Of a DNA stretch of 35,700 nucleotides, positions 10,735 to 19,955 are shown piece by piece. The DNA is taken from assembly GCA_015485945.1 (NCBI GenBank), contig WFSM01000063.1, forward strand, positions 1 through 35,700, in the 5' to 3' direction. Position 1 is the first letter of the stretch; every line of letters begins with the position of its first letter. The notes below the pieces were generated by a model. That model was not told the origin of the DNA, made no database searches, and saw only the letters and a list, made by a program, of their open reading frames with translations. The stretch is from Candidatus Bipolaricaulota bacterium. GTDB taxonomy: Bacteria; Bipolaricaulota; Bipolaricaulia; UBA7950; UBA9294. Made by a program: the position numbers and the translations under genes.

Positions 10735-11235
10735 TTACACCCTCTTGAACGTGAGATTGTCGTAGTCTTTCACCACACCGGGAAACCGCAGGACGCGGTT
10801 GTGCATGACGACGTACACCCCGGGGGAGACGAGTCGAGCAGCGAACAGTGCTTCGGTAACGTTCTGCACGGCGTCGCTATCGCGGAATTCGTACGGTCGC
10901 ATCGCCCCGGTGAGGATCACGGGAATCGTGAGGTCAGGGAGTTCGCGGTAGAGGAGCTCACCCGTGTTGGCCATGGTATCCGTCCCGTGCAGGATCACGA
11001 TTGCATCTGAGTGTGGGATCATCCGGCGTGTCTCTTCCAGAATGCGGCGACGGTCGTCCTCGGTCATCTCCAACGAGTCTTTAAACACGATCTGTTTATA
11101 AGTGACATCGAGATCGGGCAGCCGCAGCGTGGACAGCATGGTGGGGAGAATAGTGTGATAGTTGCGCAGCGAGCCGTCACGCTCGTTGTACGTCTTTTCG
11201 ATCGTTCCCCCGGTGGTGAGAATTGTCAGTCGCAT
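10735..11235 (-). CDS. Short single-domain asparaginase/glutaminase family protein
   Basis: TTGGTI and HGTDT catalytic Thr motifs, KDSL, LTGAMRP; start MRLTIL at 11235; no C-terminal domain. Confidence 0.85.
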   Translation of the reverse strand: MRLTILTTGGTIEKTYNERDGSLRNYHTILPTMLSTLRLPDLDVTYKQIVFKDSLEMTEDDRRRILEETRRMIPHSDAIVILHGTDTMANTGELLYRELPDLTIPVILTGAMRPYEFRDSDAVQNVTEALFAARLVSPGVYVVMHNRVLRFPGVVKDYDNLTFKRV

Positions 11236-11270
11236 CGTCGCGATGATTATCCACGGTGCGATCCGGTTGA

Positions 11271-11801
11271 TCAACGGAAGATTGCGATTCCGATTAATCC
11301 GGCCGCGATGATTACGATAACGGGATGTACTTTCTGCCCTCCGAACAGTACGGCGAAGAATGCGGCAGCGGCGATTATGGCGGTGATTACCCCATCGATC
11401 GAAATCGAACCAAAGGTATACACCGAATAGATGATGAGCGCGAGGATACCGGGATGAAGCGCCATTTTCGCGCGGTTAAGCGTATCCTGCGATCGGAGGT
11501 GGGAGACAGCGAGCGCGTATCCGATCAACAGCATGATCCCGGGCGAGATGACGGCGAGCGAGGCGACGAGCGCGCCACCGATCCCGCTGATTTTGTAGCC
11601 GGTCAACGTGGCGGAGTTAATTGCGATCGGGCCTGGCGTCATCTGCGCGATGGTGATCACATCACGCATCTGGGCGGCGGTCAGCCATGCGTGCTGAGTT
11701 ACGATTTCGTACTGGATGAGGGCAATAGTGGCAATCCCGCCGCCGTAGGCGCTGATTCCAATCAGAAAAAAGCTCGCGTAGAGTTGCAGTAAAATTCCCA
11801 T
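11271..11801 (-). CDS. Short-chain chromate transporter (CHR family), second subunit
   Basis: IGISAYGGG and AQMTPGPIAINSAT CHR motifs. Confidence 0.9.
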   Translation of the reverse strand: MGILLQLYASFFLIGISAYGGGIATIALIQYEIVTQHAWLTAAQMRDVITIAQMTPGPIAINSATLTGYKISGIGGALVASLAVISPGIMLLIGYALAVSHLRSQDTLNRAKMALHPGILALIIYSVYTFGSISIDGVITAIIAAAAFFAVLFGGQKVHPVIVIIAAGLIGIAIFR

Positions 11802-11830
11802 TTAAACCAGCCCCATTGTTCGATCCGGCG

Positions 11831-12400
11831 TCACGGCTTCCCCTTGCGAAAGATGAACATTCCCACTGCACCAGAGATAAATATCGCTACGATGGGGTGA
11901 ATCCGAAACGTAAATAGGATGACGAGGATTCCCGCTGTCAGTCCGATCGTGCGCAGGTTAAGCGCGCTCCCGCGGCCGAACACATACGCTGCATATGCGA
12001 TTTCGCCGGTGATCGCTGCTCCTGCTCCTTTGAAAAACGCCCGCACGATGTCCATGGTGGTAAACCGAAACAGGAATGCAGCGATGAGCAGAATGACGAT
12101 AATTGATGGTGTGACGACCCCGGCCACCGCAGCAAGCACACCTGGAACCCCGCGCATGCGCAACCCTTGCAGGAATGCGGAGTTCACCGCGATCGAGCCG
12201 GGAAACACCGTGGACACGGACACGATATCGGTGAGGGCCGCATCGTCGATCCAATTCCGCTTGGCATGAAGCTCGTAGTTTAACACAGGCAGCATCGCGA
12301 ACCCGCCGCCGAACGTGAGCAGCCCGATCCTGAAGAATACCCAAAAGATTCCCCATAGGGTGACTTCGCGTTCGGCACGGTGGCTGTCTCTATCCGGCAT
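11831..12400 (-). CDS. Short-chain chromate transporter (CHR family), first subunit
   Basis: FFRIGLLTFGGG, STVFPGSIAVN; GGAGG RBS before ATG 12400. Confidence 0.9.
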   Translation of the reverse strand: MPDRDSHRAEREVTLWGIFWVFFRIGLLTFGGGFAMLPVLNYELHAKRNWIDDAALTDIVSVSTVFPGSIAVNSAFLQGLRMRGVPGVLAAVAGVVTPSIIVILLIAAFLFRFTTMDIVRAFFKGAGAAITGEIAYAAYVFGRGSALNLRTIGLTAGILVILFTFRIHPIVAIFISGAVGMFIFRKGKP

Positions 12401-12496
12401 GTGGCCCTCCTCCCCGGTGTTAAAAGCGGCGCCCCCGCGGGCACAACCACCAGATAATAGAAAACACCCGCCGTCGCAACAACACACGTGCCCGGT

Positions 12497-13276
12497 TCAT
12501 ACCGCTTTGAGGATCATGTTGACGATGGCGTACACGAGGACGATCCCGAATAACTGGCGCAGCCGGCGTTTGGGGATCCGCGCCCCAAAGCGCGGACCGA
12601 GCTGAGCCCCGATGATCAACCCAATGATGAGCGGAAGGGCGAGCTCGGGGCGCAGGTCGCCCTGGACCCAGTGCTGGTAGGAGCCGATCACCGCCGATGG
12701 GATCATGACGAACAGGCTCGTTGCCACCGCGGTGACGATGTCGAGGCCGAGAAACACGGCCAATGACGGGACCATAACTGTGCCGCCGCCGATTCCGAAC
12801 ATCCCCGACGCCACCCCGGCGATAAGCCCGATGACTACCGCAGTGAGATAGAGACGTGCCCCCTGCACTTTCCCGTGCAGGGAGAGTGGAATCTCCTTAG
12901 GCGGTTTGCCCTGGAGCATCATCCCCGCTGGGTAGAGAAGAAGGCCGGCAAATCCGATCTCCAGCCAGCGCGCGTTAATAAATGCGCTGATCCACGCTCC
13001 GGTCCATGCTCCCAGGATCGCCATCGGCATGATAAGAAGCCCGATGCGGACGTTGATCACTCGGCGTCCCCAGTACGCGATCGTTCCGGATAAGCTGGTA
13101 AATACCACTCCAGCGATACTCGTTCCGGTCGCTTGGTGCATCGTGGGCACAAACCCGCCGAGCAGCAGCAGCGGAACCATGAAGATCCCCCCGCCAACGC
13201 CGAGCAGGCTGGCGAACCCGCCGATCACGATCGCGCTCACAAACAGGCTGACAAACGTAACGATTTCCAGATGCAC
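12497..13276 (-). CDS. Sulfite exporter TauE/SafE (TSUP) family membrane protein
   Basis: Internal duplication with LLGVGGGIFMVP and MFGIGGGTVMVP, A(T/V)(G/A)TS motifs; GTG start at 13276 after AGAAAGGA. Confidence 0.88.
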   Translation of the reverse strand: MHLEIVTFVSLFVSAIVIGGFASLLGVGGGIFMVPLLLLGGFVPTMHQATGTSIAGVVFTSLSGTIAYWGRRVINVRIGLLIMPMAILGAWTGAWISAFINARWLEIGFAGLLLYPAGMMLQGKPPKEIPLSLHGKVQGARLYLTAVVIGLIAGVASGMFGIGGGTVMVPSLAVFLGLDIVTAVATSLFVMIPSAVIGSYQHWVQGDLRPELALPLIIGLIIGAQLGPRFGARIPKRRLRQLFGIVLVYAIVNMILKAV

Positions 13277-13391
13277 GCCGGTCCTTTCTTGCAATCGATA
13301 ATGCGCTTCACTATACGCGATCTGGGCGCTGAAGTCACCTGTGGACGAACGACGTGTTACCGGGTAGAGTTGCACGGAAAGGAGGGAAATG

Positions 13392-13988
13392 ATGAACACC
13401 CATGTACCGACGCGCGAGGAGGCGTTTGCTCTCCTCACTGAGTACAACCAGTCAAAAAGCCTGATTAACCACGCGCTTGCTGTGGAGGGAGTGATGCGCT
13501 ATATGGCGCGCAACCGCGGCGAGGACGAGGAAAAGTGGGGAATTATCGGGCTGGTGCACGATCTCGACTATGAACGCTATCCTGAGCAACACTGTCGGAA
13601 GACGAAGGAAATCCTGGAGGCCCACGGCTGGCCCGAGGATTACATCCGCGCGGTCATGTCGCACGGCTGGGGGCTGGTCACCGATGTCAAGCCAGAGCAC
13701 GAGATGGAAAAGGTGCTGTACACGATCGATGAGCTAACCGGGCTCGTCACCGCGGTTGCGTTGGTGCGGCCGTCGAAGAGCGTCCTCGACATGAAGCCGA
13801 AATCGGTCACCAAGAAATGGAAGGACAAGAGCTTCGCTGCCGGTGTGAACCGGGATGTGATCCAGCAGGGTGCGGACATGCTTGGGATGGAGCTCACCGA
13901 ACTGTTCGCTGATGTGATCGCGGGAATGCGCGAAGTTGCAGACAAGATTGGGCTCGCTGGCGAATCTGAATCTGGAGGTGCGGAATGA
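13392..13988 (+). CDS. HD/HDIG superfamily predicted hydrolase
   Basis: PTREEA..LL, H(ALAVE), GLVHDLDYE, SH, DELTGL, KKWKDKSFAAGVNR; GGAGG RBS (alternative ATG at 13389). Confidence 0.85.
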   Translation: MNTHVPTREEAFALLTEYNQSKSLINHALAVEGVMRYMARNRGEDEEKWGIIGLVHDLDYERYPEQHCRKTKEILEAHGWPEDYIRAVMSHGWGLVTDVKPEHEMEKVLYTIDELTGLVTAVALVRPSKSVLDMKPKSVTKKWKDKSFAAGVNRDVIQQGADMLGMELTELFADVIAGMREVADKIGLAGESESGGAE

Positions 13989-15742
13989 CGGACTACACTC
14001 TTGGGCAATGGTCGCTTACCGATCTCATCCCGTCCCCGGATGGACCGGAAATTACGGAGTACATGAACAAACTGACCGCGGCGGCGGACGCCCTTGTCGC
14101 GAAAAAGCCGCTGTTGGTAGCGGAAATTGCTGCTGACGAGTTCAACAGCATTCTAACGCTGGTCGATGAGATTGCGGGGCTGTCACGGCGGCTGGGAGCG
14201 TACACCGAGCTGTGGTTTGCCGCGGACACCAGCAATCAGCACGCACTCGCGCTGAAGGGGCGCGTCGAACAGCTCCTTACCGACGTGCGCAACAAAACGC
14301 TGCTGTTCGCGCTGTGGTGGAAACAATTGGATGCAGATGCCGCCGCCCGGTTGCTCGCGGAAAGCGGCGACCTGCGCTATTACCTGGAATCGCTGCGGCG
14401 GTTTACCCCGTATACCCTGACCGAGCCCGAGGAACGGGTGATCAACATCAAGGACGTCAACGGTGTGGACGCCCTGCGGACGATGTATGAGATGATAACG
14501 AGCTCGTTCTCGTTCCAGCTGGAAGTGGACGGCGAGGTGAAAACGCTCACGCGGTCGCAGCTTTCCGCCTACGCACGCGACCCCAACCCCGACCGCCGTG
14601 CCGCTGCATATCGTGAGCTGTACCGGGTATACGGCGACAACGGCACCCTGCTCGGGCAGATTTACCAACACATCGTACGTGACTGGTCCGAGGAAAACGT
14701 GTCTTTGCGCGGTTTTCCCGCGCCGATTACCCCGCGCAACCTGCGTAACGACATTCCAGACGCGGTTGTCGACACCCTCCTCGGCGTGTGCCAGGATAAC
14801 GTCGGCCTGTTCCAGGACTATTTTCGCATGAAGGCGAAGTGGCTGGGAATGGATACGCTCCGCCGTTACGACATCTACGCACCGGTGAGCACCACCCGCA
14901 AGGAGTACCCGTTCGCCCGCGCGATCGAGATGGTGTCCGCCAGTCTGAACCGATTCTCCCCGACTCTCGCCGCTCATGCGGAGCGGGTTATCGCCGAGCG
15001 CCACCTCGATTCCGAACCGCGGCCGGGGAAATACGGGGGCGCGTTTTGTTACGGTGTTTTGCCCGGCATCACACCGTGGGTACTTGTGAACTATAATGGC
15101 CACTACAACGACGTTTCCACCCTTGCCCACGAGCTCGGGCACGCAGTCCACGCCCTCATGGCGGCGGATCACTCCCCACTCACATTCCATTCCGCCCTTC
15201 CGCTTGCCGAGACCGCGTCCGTGTTCTCCGAGATCCTCCTGCTTGACAACGTGCTAACCACCGAGCCTGACCCCGCGGTACGGCGCGACATTCTCGCCGG
15301 ATTTATCGACAGCACCTACGCTACCGTGACCCGACAGGCGTATTTCGTCCTGTTCGAGCGCGAAGCACACGCGCTGATCAAGGACGGAACTACTACCGAC
15401 GCACTCGCCGCCCGCTACCTCGCCAATCTGCACGATCAGTTCGGCACCGCAGTCGACATTGGCGAAGAATTCCGTTGGGAGTGGGTATCAATTCCGCACA
15501 TCTACTCAACGCCGTTTTACTGTTATGCGTACAGCTTCGGCCAGCTCCTCGTGCTCGCGCTGTACACGCGGTACAAGGAAGAAGGGCGCAGCTTCGTTCC
15601 CAAGTACCTGCGCATCCTCGCGCACGGTGGTTCAAAGTCACCGCAGGCAATTCTGGCTGAGGCCGGTATCGACATGGCGGATCCCGCGTTTTGGCAGGGT
15701 GGATTCGATGTTGTCCGCGAGATGATCGCAGAGCTGCGTTAG
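13985..15742 (+). CDS. pepF: M3 family oligoendopeptidase F
   Basis: W.L.DL N-terminus, GKYGGAFC, TLAHELGHAVH zinc motif, LAETASVFSE, PHIY.TPFYCYAY. Confidence 0.92.
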   Translation: MTDYTLGQWSLTDLIPSPDGPEITEYMNKLTAAADALVAKKPLLVAEIAADEFNSILTLVDEIAGLSRRLGAYTELWFAADTSNQHALALKGRVEQLLTDVRNKTLLFALWWKQLDADAAARLLAESGDLRYYLESLRRFTPYTLTEPEERVINIKDVNGVDALRTMYEMITSSFSFQLEVDGEVKTLTRSQLSAYARDPNPDRRAAAYRELYRVYGDNGTLLGQIYQHIVRDWSEENVSLRGFPAPITPRNLRNDIPDAVVDTLLGVCQDNVGLFQDYFRMKAKWLGMDTLRRYDIYAPVSTTRKEYPFARAIEMVSASLNRFSPTLAAHAERVIAERHLDSEPRPGKYGGAFCYGVLPGITPWVLVNYNGHYNDVSTLAHELGHAVHALMAADHSPLTFHSALPLAETASVFSEILLLDNVLTTEPDPAVRRDILAGFIDSTYATVTRQAYFVLFEREAHALIKDGTTTDALAARYLANLHDQFGTAVDIGEEFRWEWVSIPHIYSTPFYCYAYSFGQLLVLALYTRYKEEGRSFVPKYLRILAHGGSKSPQAILAEAGIDMADPAFWQGGFDVVREMIAELR

Positions 15743-15790
15743 GTCGATAATAGCTGATCCAACCCCGGGTGGTTCCGCGCTTCCATCCGC

Positions 15791-15818
15791 TTGACAACCG
15801 GGTGGTTGCGGCTATACT
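15791..15818 (+). promoter_or_regulatory. Sigma70-type promoter for the MFS gene
   Basis: TTGACA (15791-15796), 16-nt spacer, TATACT (15813-15818). Confidence 0.6.
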
Positions 15819-15879
15819 TCGCCAACCCCTGCCGGCGGAGTCCGGCGAGGGTAATTTGCTGTTACGGAGTTTAACGCAG

Positions 15880-17271
15880 ATGGTGAAGGCATTTCGGAAC
15901 TGGAAGCACGCCGCTGAACCGTGGTACGCCGCCACCGGGCTCGCCAGCGTGGTGATGGGAACGTCGTCAGTCCTCGTCCCGCTGATGATCGCCTCGGTTC
16001 TCGGCCGGTCGGTAGGCGCGGTCGGGATTCTGTCGAGCGTGGTCAGCCTGGTGGGAGTAATCGGCAGCCTAGTGTGGGGGCGGTTGTCCGACGCCGCCGC
16101 CCGCCGCAAGGCGTTCATCATCTTGAGTTACACGATGCTCGGGGTGAGTTTTCTCGGTACGGCGTTTGCAAGCACGTTTGCGTCCGTGCTCGCCTGGAAC
16201 ATGGTTCTCAACTTCTTCTGGATGGCGAACGCGTCGATCACGGTATTGATCGTAATTGAAAACCGCGATAAATCAATCTGGGAGGTACGAATCGGACACC
16301 TCAACCAGATAATCGCTCTCGGTTGGCTGGCCGGACTTATCCTCGGGAGCGTGAGCTTGGGGATCGCCACTCCGCACATCGGGCGAGAAATGGCGATTCG
16401 ATATTTGTTCCTCCTGCTGAGCATCAGCGGCATCGGCGCCGCCATTCTCGCCGCGTGGTTTATCCCGCGCACGACGCCGAAGTTCACCCGGCGGCGGTTC
16501 CGGGGGATGATCGTCGCACTGGGAAATTTCTTGATTGAGACGGGACGGTTCCGCCCGACCCATCTCTATCACCGCCTCAACCCGCGCCGCCTGCCCGCGC
16601 TGTTGTGGGGCACCGCCGGGCTACGGCACGAAACCAAGTTGTTTTTGTGGGGAACGTTGCTCGCATTCACCGGATTTGGGTTTTTCTTTGTCCCGCTTCC
16701 GGTGTTGCTCGCACAGCGATTCGGGTTTCCCACGGCGACAGTATTTTCCTATTTTGTGGCACTCAACGCCGCGATCGTGATCACATACCCGTTTGTGTCC
16801 CATCGCATCAAACGTGCGGGTAACGGAACGATCCAAGTGGGGGCACTCATTGTCCGGCTGGTACTGTTCGGATTAATGGGGGTTTACCTTACTGTGACCA
16901 CGGGGGTTCCGCCCACCGCGTTTCTCATCGCTTACTTCTTGATGCTCGGGTCGAGTTGGTCGTTCTTCCAGCTTTCTGGGGTGGCGCTTGCGTCACGGCT
17001 TGCTAAACCGGAGAACCGTGGCCAGGCGCTCGGGCTGTATAACGCAGTTGCGGGATTGGGAACGATCATTGCCGGCGTGGGCAGCGGAACCCTTGCCGAC
17101 GACTTCGGTTACGGCCCGGCATTCATCGCCGCCGGCGTGCTGGTCGGCGGAGCGATCCTGGTTCTACATTGCCTTCCGCTTCCCGAGCCGACCTCGACTG
17201 AAACGGTACCGGTGTCCGCCACAGCAAACACTGATCGGAGGGCGGCACGGCCGGCATCATCACGGGGGTAG
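15880..17271 (+). CDS. MFS transporter
   Basis: About 12 hydrophobic helices; motif A WGRLSDAAARRK; ENRGQALGLYN; GGAG RBS before ATG 15880. Confidence 0.85.
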   Translation: MVKAFRNWKHAAEPWYAATGLASVVMGTSSVLVPLMIASVLGRSVGAVGILSSVVSLVGVIGSLVWGRLSDAAARRKAFIILSYTMLGVSFLGTAFASTFASVLAWNMVLNFFWMANASITVLIVIENRDKSIWEVRIGHLNQIIALGWLAGLILGSVSLGIATPHIGREMAIRYLFLLLSISGIGAAILAAWFIPRTTPKFTRRRFRGMIVALGNFLIETGRFRPTHLYHRLNPRRLPALLWGTAGLRHETKLFLWGTLLAFTGFGFFFVPLPVLLAQRFGFPTATVFSYFVALNAAIVITYPFVSHRIKRAGNGTIQVGALIVRLVLFGLMGVYLTVTTGVPPTAFLIAYFLMLGSSWSFFQLSGVALASRLAKPENRGQALGLYNAVAGLGTIIAGVGSGTLADDFGYGPAFIAAGVLVGGAILVLHCLPLPEPTSTETVPVSATANTDRRAARPASSRG

Positions 17272-17290
17272 CGGCGCGATGATGTTTCGG

Positions 17291-17521
17291 TTACTGTGCG
17301 GGTGTCTTCAAGATCATGCGCGTCCGCGGCGTGTCCTCATCAGCCACCGCGATCTTTACTCCGCCCAGTGCTAGTGAGTAGAGCGGATTCATCGCGACTA
17401 TCTGTGCGTCGAGGAGGACGGCCTGAATACCAGCGGCCTCCAATCGGGACTTTGCCAGATCGGCGTCCACTAGCCGATTGAACTCCGCGATCACGACCAT
17501 CGTCGCCTTCTTTGATCGCAT
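17291..17521 (-). CDS. DUF2007-like (putative prokaryotic signal-transducing) small protein
   Basis: ADLAKSRLEAAGI...GGVKIAVADED pattern; lies immediately downstream of the ABC permease. Confidence 0.7.
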   Translation of the reverse strand: MRSKKATMVVIAEFNRLVDADLAKSRLEAAGIQAVLLDAQIVAMNPLYSLALGGVKIAVADEDTPRTRMILKTPAQ

Positions 17522-17525
17522 TAGT

Positions 17526-18308
17526 TTACTCGCTTGTGGCGCGTTGGAACACAATCTGGCTTATCAGCATGAACACGAGCGTAAGTCCCACGATCACCCC
17601 GGTGCCAGGAAGGATTTTCCCCCACTCCCAGCCGTGAATGGTGAGCTCACGGATGGGGCCAACGGCGTAGGTGACCGGGTTGAACTTAGCGATTGTGGCC
17701 AGCCATCCCGGCATCATGGTGATCGGGAACAGCGCGTTGCTCGCGAACATGAGCGGCAGGGTGAACAGGTTGACGATTGCCATCAGGGTTTCAATGGTGC
17801 GGATCGACGCGGCGAGCGATAGCGAGATTCCGCTCAGGATTCCGCTGAACAGGCTGGCGATAACGATGATAAGCAGAACCCCGCCGATCCCGGTTTGGAA
17901 CCGCACCCCGAACAGCAGGGCGATAACGACGATCGCCACCACTTGAATCGCCCCCTGCACCATCACCGCGAGCGCTTTGCCGAATGGAATCGCCCCTCGA
18001 TTGATCGGAGCGGCCATCAGTTTTTCCAGATACCCAATGCGCCGGTCCCACACGATCGACATTCCGCCGAATACCCCACCGAACAGGACGGTCATCAGGA
18101 TCACCCCCGGCGTCATAAACGTGAGGTAGTTGCTCGTCCCGAACATCTGCGCGCCGAACGGATTGTTTGTTACGCGGTTCATCGTGTTGCCCATGAACGC
18201 GAGCCAAATCACCGGTTGAATCAGAGTGAACACCAATCGTACTTTAGTGCGGAAAAACTTGATCAGCTCCCGCTTTGCTACATACCATGTATCGAACAAC
18301 AGCGTCAT
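17526..18308 (-). CDS. ABC-2 type exporter permease (DrrB-like)
   Basis: Six TM helices, Y..F..PG, DRRIGYLEKLMAAP, NPVTYAV. Confidence 0.92.
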   Translation of the reverse strand: MTLLFDTWYVAKRELIKFFRTKVRLVFTLIQPVIWLAFMGNTMNRVTNNPFGAQMFGTSNYLTFMTPGVILMTVLFGGVFGGMSIVWDRRIGYLEKLMAAPINRGAIPFGKALAVMVQGAIQVVAIVVIALLFGVRFQTGIGGVLLIIVIASLFSGILSGISLSLAASIRTIETLMAIVNLFTLPLMFASNALFPITMMPGWLATIAKFNPVTYAVGPIRELTIHGWEWGKILPGTGVIVGLTLVFMLISQIVFQRATSE

Positions 18309-19327
18309 TTTCCCCTCCGTGCTCGTCCTCGCATGAATCGCGCCTTCATGTGCGCTTCGTGGTTCTCGGTATCGTCTCGCATTGCGTGCCCGGTGAAGTG
18401 CAGGTATACGTCGTCGAGGGACGGTTTTTTTAGGCTGACCGCGTCAATCGTGACCCCGAGTTGTTCGCACAGCATGAACAACTGGGGAATAGTTTCCTCA
18501 CCCGCTTGCTCTACAATGACCCGATAAGTACCGTCCGCGGTCGGCTTTACCTGCCGGACGTGGGAAACCGCGCCGATGCGGGACTGCAGCGCCGACTCAT
18601 TGCCGTCAATGCCGGAGAACCGTACGTAGATGACATCGCCGCCGATGCCTGCCTTCAGCGCATCCGGCGTATCGAGCGCCGCGATCTCGCCGTTGTCGAT
18701 GATCGCCACGCGATCGCACAGCACATCCGCCTCTTCCATGTAGTGGGTGGTGACGAAGATCGTCATCTCGTGCTCGGTGCGCAGCTGTTCGACGTAGTCC
18801 CAGATCACTTGCCGCGTCTGCACATCAAGGCCGAGAGTCGGTTCGTCGAGAAACAGGATCTGGGGGCGGTGAATAAGGGCGCACGCAATGTCGAGCCGTT
18901 TTAACATCCCGCCGGAGTAAGTCGCGGTGAGATGCTTGCGGCGATCGTACAGGTTGAACATCTCAAGCACTTCGGTTGCACGGACACGGATTTCCCGGCC
19001 GGAAAGGTGATAAAATCGCCCCTGAAGCGTGATATTCTCCCATCCGGTGAGGCGGTCATCGATTGCCGTCTCCTGAGCGGCGTACCCGGTTGCCCGTTTG
19101 ATCTCCGCGGGATGACGCCGGATGTCGACTCCGTTGATCCGGAGGTCGCCGGCGGTCGGGTCGAGAAGGCCAATCAGAATTTTGATCGTTGTCGACTTTC
19201 CCGCGCCATTTGGGCCAAGCAGACCGAATATTTCGCCTCTCCCCACGTGAAACGACACCCCGTCCACCGCCCGCACTCCGTTCTTGTAAACCTTTACGAG
19301 ATCGTTAACTTCAATCGCGGTTTGCAT
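18305..19327 (-). CDS. ABC exporter ATP-binding protein (DrrA-like)
   Basis: GPNGAGKST, YSGGM, LFLDEPTLGLD, TTHYMEEAD, C-terminal PSLDDVY. Confidence 0.95.
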   Translation of the reverse strand: MQTAIEVNDLVKVYKNGVRAVDGVSFHVGRGEIFGLLGPNGAGKSTTIKILIGLLDPTAGDLRINGVDIRRHPAEIKRATGYAAQETAIDDRLTGWENITLQGRFYHLSGREIRVRATEVLEMFNLYDRRKHLTATYSGGMLKRLDIACALIHRPQILFLDEPTLGLDVQTRQVIWDYVEQLRTEHEMTIFVTTHYMEEADVLCDRVAIIDNGEIAALDTPDALKAGIGGDVIYVRFSGIDGNESALQSRIGAVSHVRQVKPTADGTYRVIVEQAGEETIPQLFMLCEQLGVTIDAVSLKKPSLDDVYLHFTGHAMRDDTENHEAHMKARFMRGRARRGK

Positions 19328-19835
19328 ATCTTTTCAACTCCTTGATCGCTCGCATCAATATCCCGTCAATCTGGGTCAGCTCCGCGGGCGAGAGGTCGTG
19401 GACCGGGATCTCGGTGATAGTCCGCCACAGCTCATGCAGGTTGCCACGCACCGCCGGGGGAACGCGGCGGCGAATCCGCTCCAGATGCGCAGTCAACTCG
19501 ACCTCCATTTCCTTTCCAAACAGTTCGCCGAGGACACGAATTGATCGCCGCACGCCCTCCATCGCCTCCTCCTTTGCCGCATGGGCGCGAGCGAGCCCAT
19601 CCCGCCCTTTCGCGGTGAGCGAGTAGACTTTCTTGTCCTTTTCAACGCGATGTTCAATCCATCCCGCCTCTTCCAGCGCCGCGAGGAGCGGATAAATCGA
19701 ACCGGGTGATGGCCGCCAAAACCCGGTGTTCTCCTCAATCCGCTTCATCAGGGAATATCCGGATATGCCGGTGGGGGCTTCGCCAATTAGCTTTAACAGG
19801 TACAGCCGTAGGAATCCCCGGTTCATTGTGCGCAT
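19311..19835 (-). CDS. PadR family transcriptional regulator
   Basis: GYSLMKRIEE..GFWRPSPGSIYPLLAALEEAG..KKVYSLTAKG winged helix; AAGGTGG RBS before ATG 19835. Confidence 0.92.
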   Translation of the reverse strand: MRTMNRGFLRLYLLKLIGEAPTGISGYSLMKRIEENTGFWRPSPGSIYPLLAALEEAGWIEHRVEKDKKVYSLTAKGRDGLARAHAAKEEAMEGVRRSIRVLGELFGKEMEVELTAHLERIRRRVPPAVRGNLHELWRTITEIPVHDLSPAELTQIDGILMRAIKELKRYANRD

Positions 19836-19852
19836 ACGCCACCTTCTTCGTG

Positions 19853-19866
19853 TCCGATATATCGGA
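19853..19866. promoter_or_regulatory. Perfect palindrome, probable PadR operator
   Basis: TCCGATATATCGGA lies 17 nt upstream of the padR start, beside TATAAT (19872-19877), in the divergent padR/peptidase spacer. Confidence 0.6.
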
Positions 19867-19955
19867 TGCGATATAATAGCCCGCTTGGCGCCAGTTGCAA
19901 GTCGGACTGGGAGAATCGGGATGGCGGCGATAACATCACCGGGAAAGGAGGAAGG

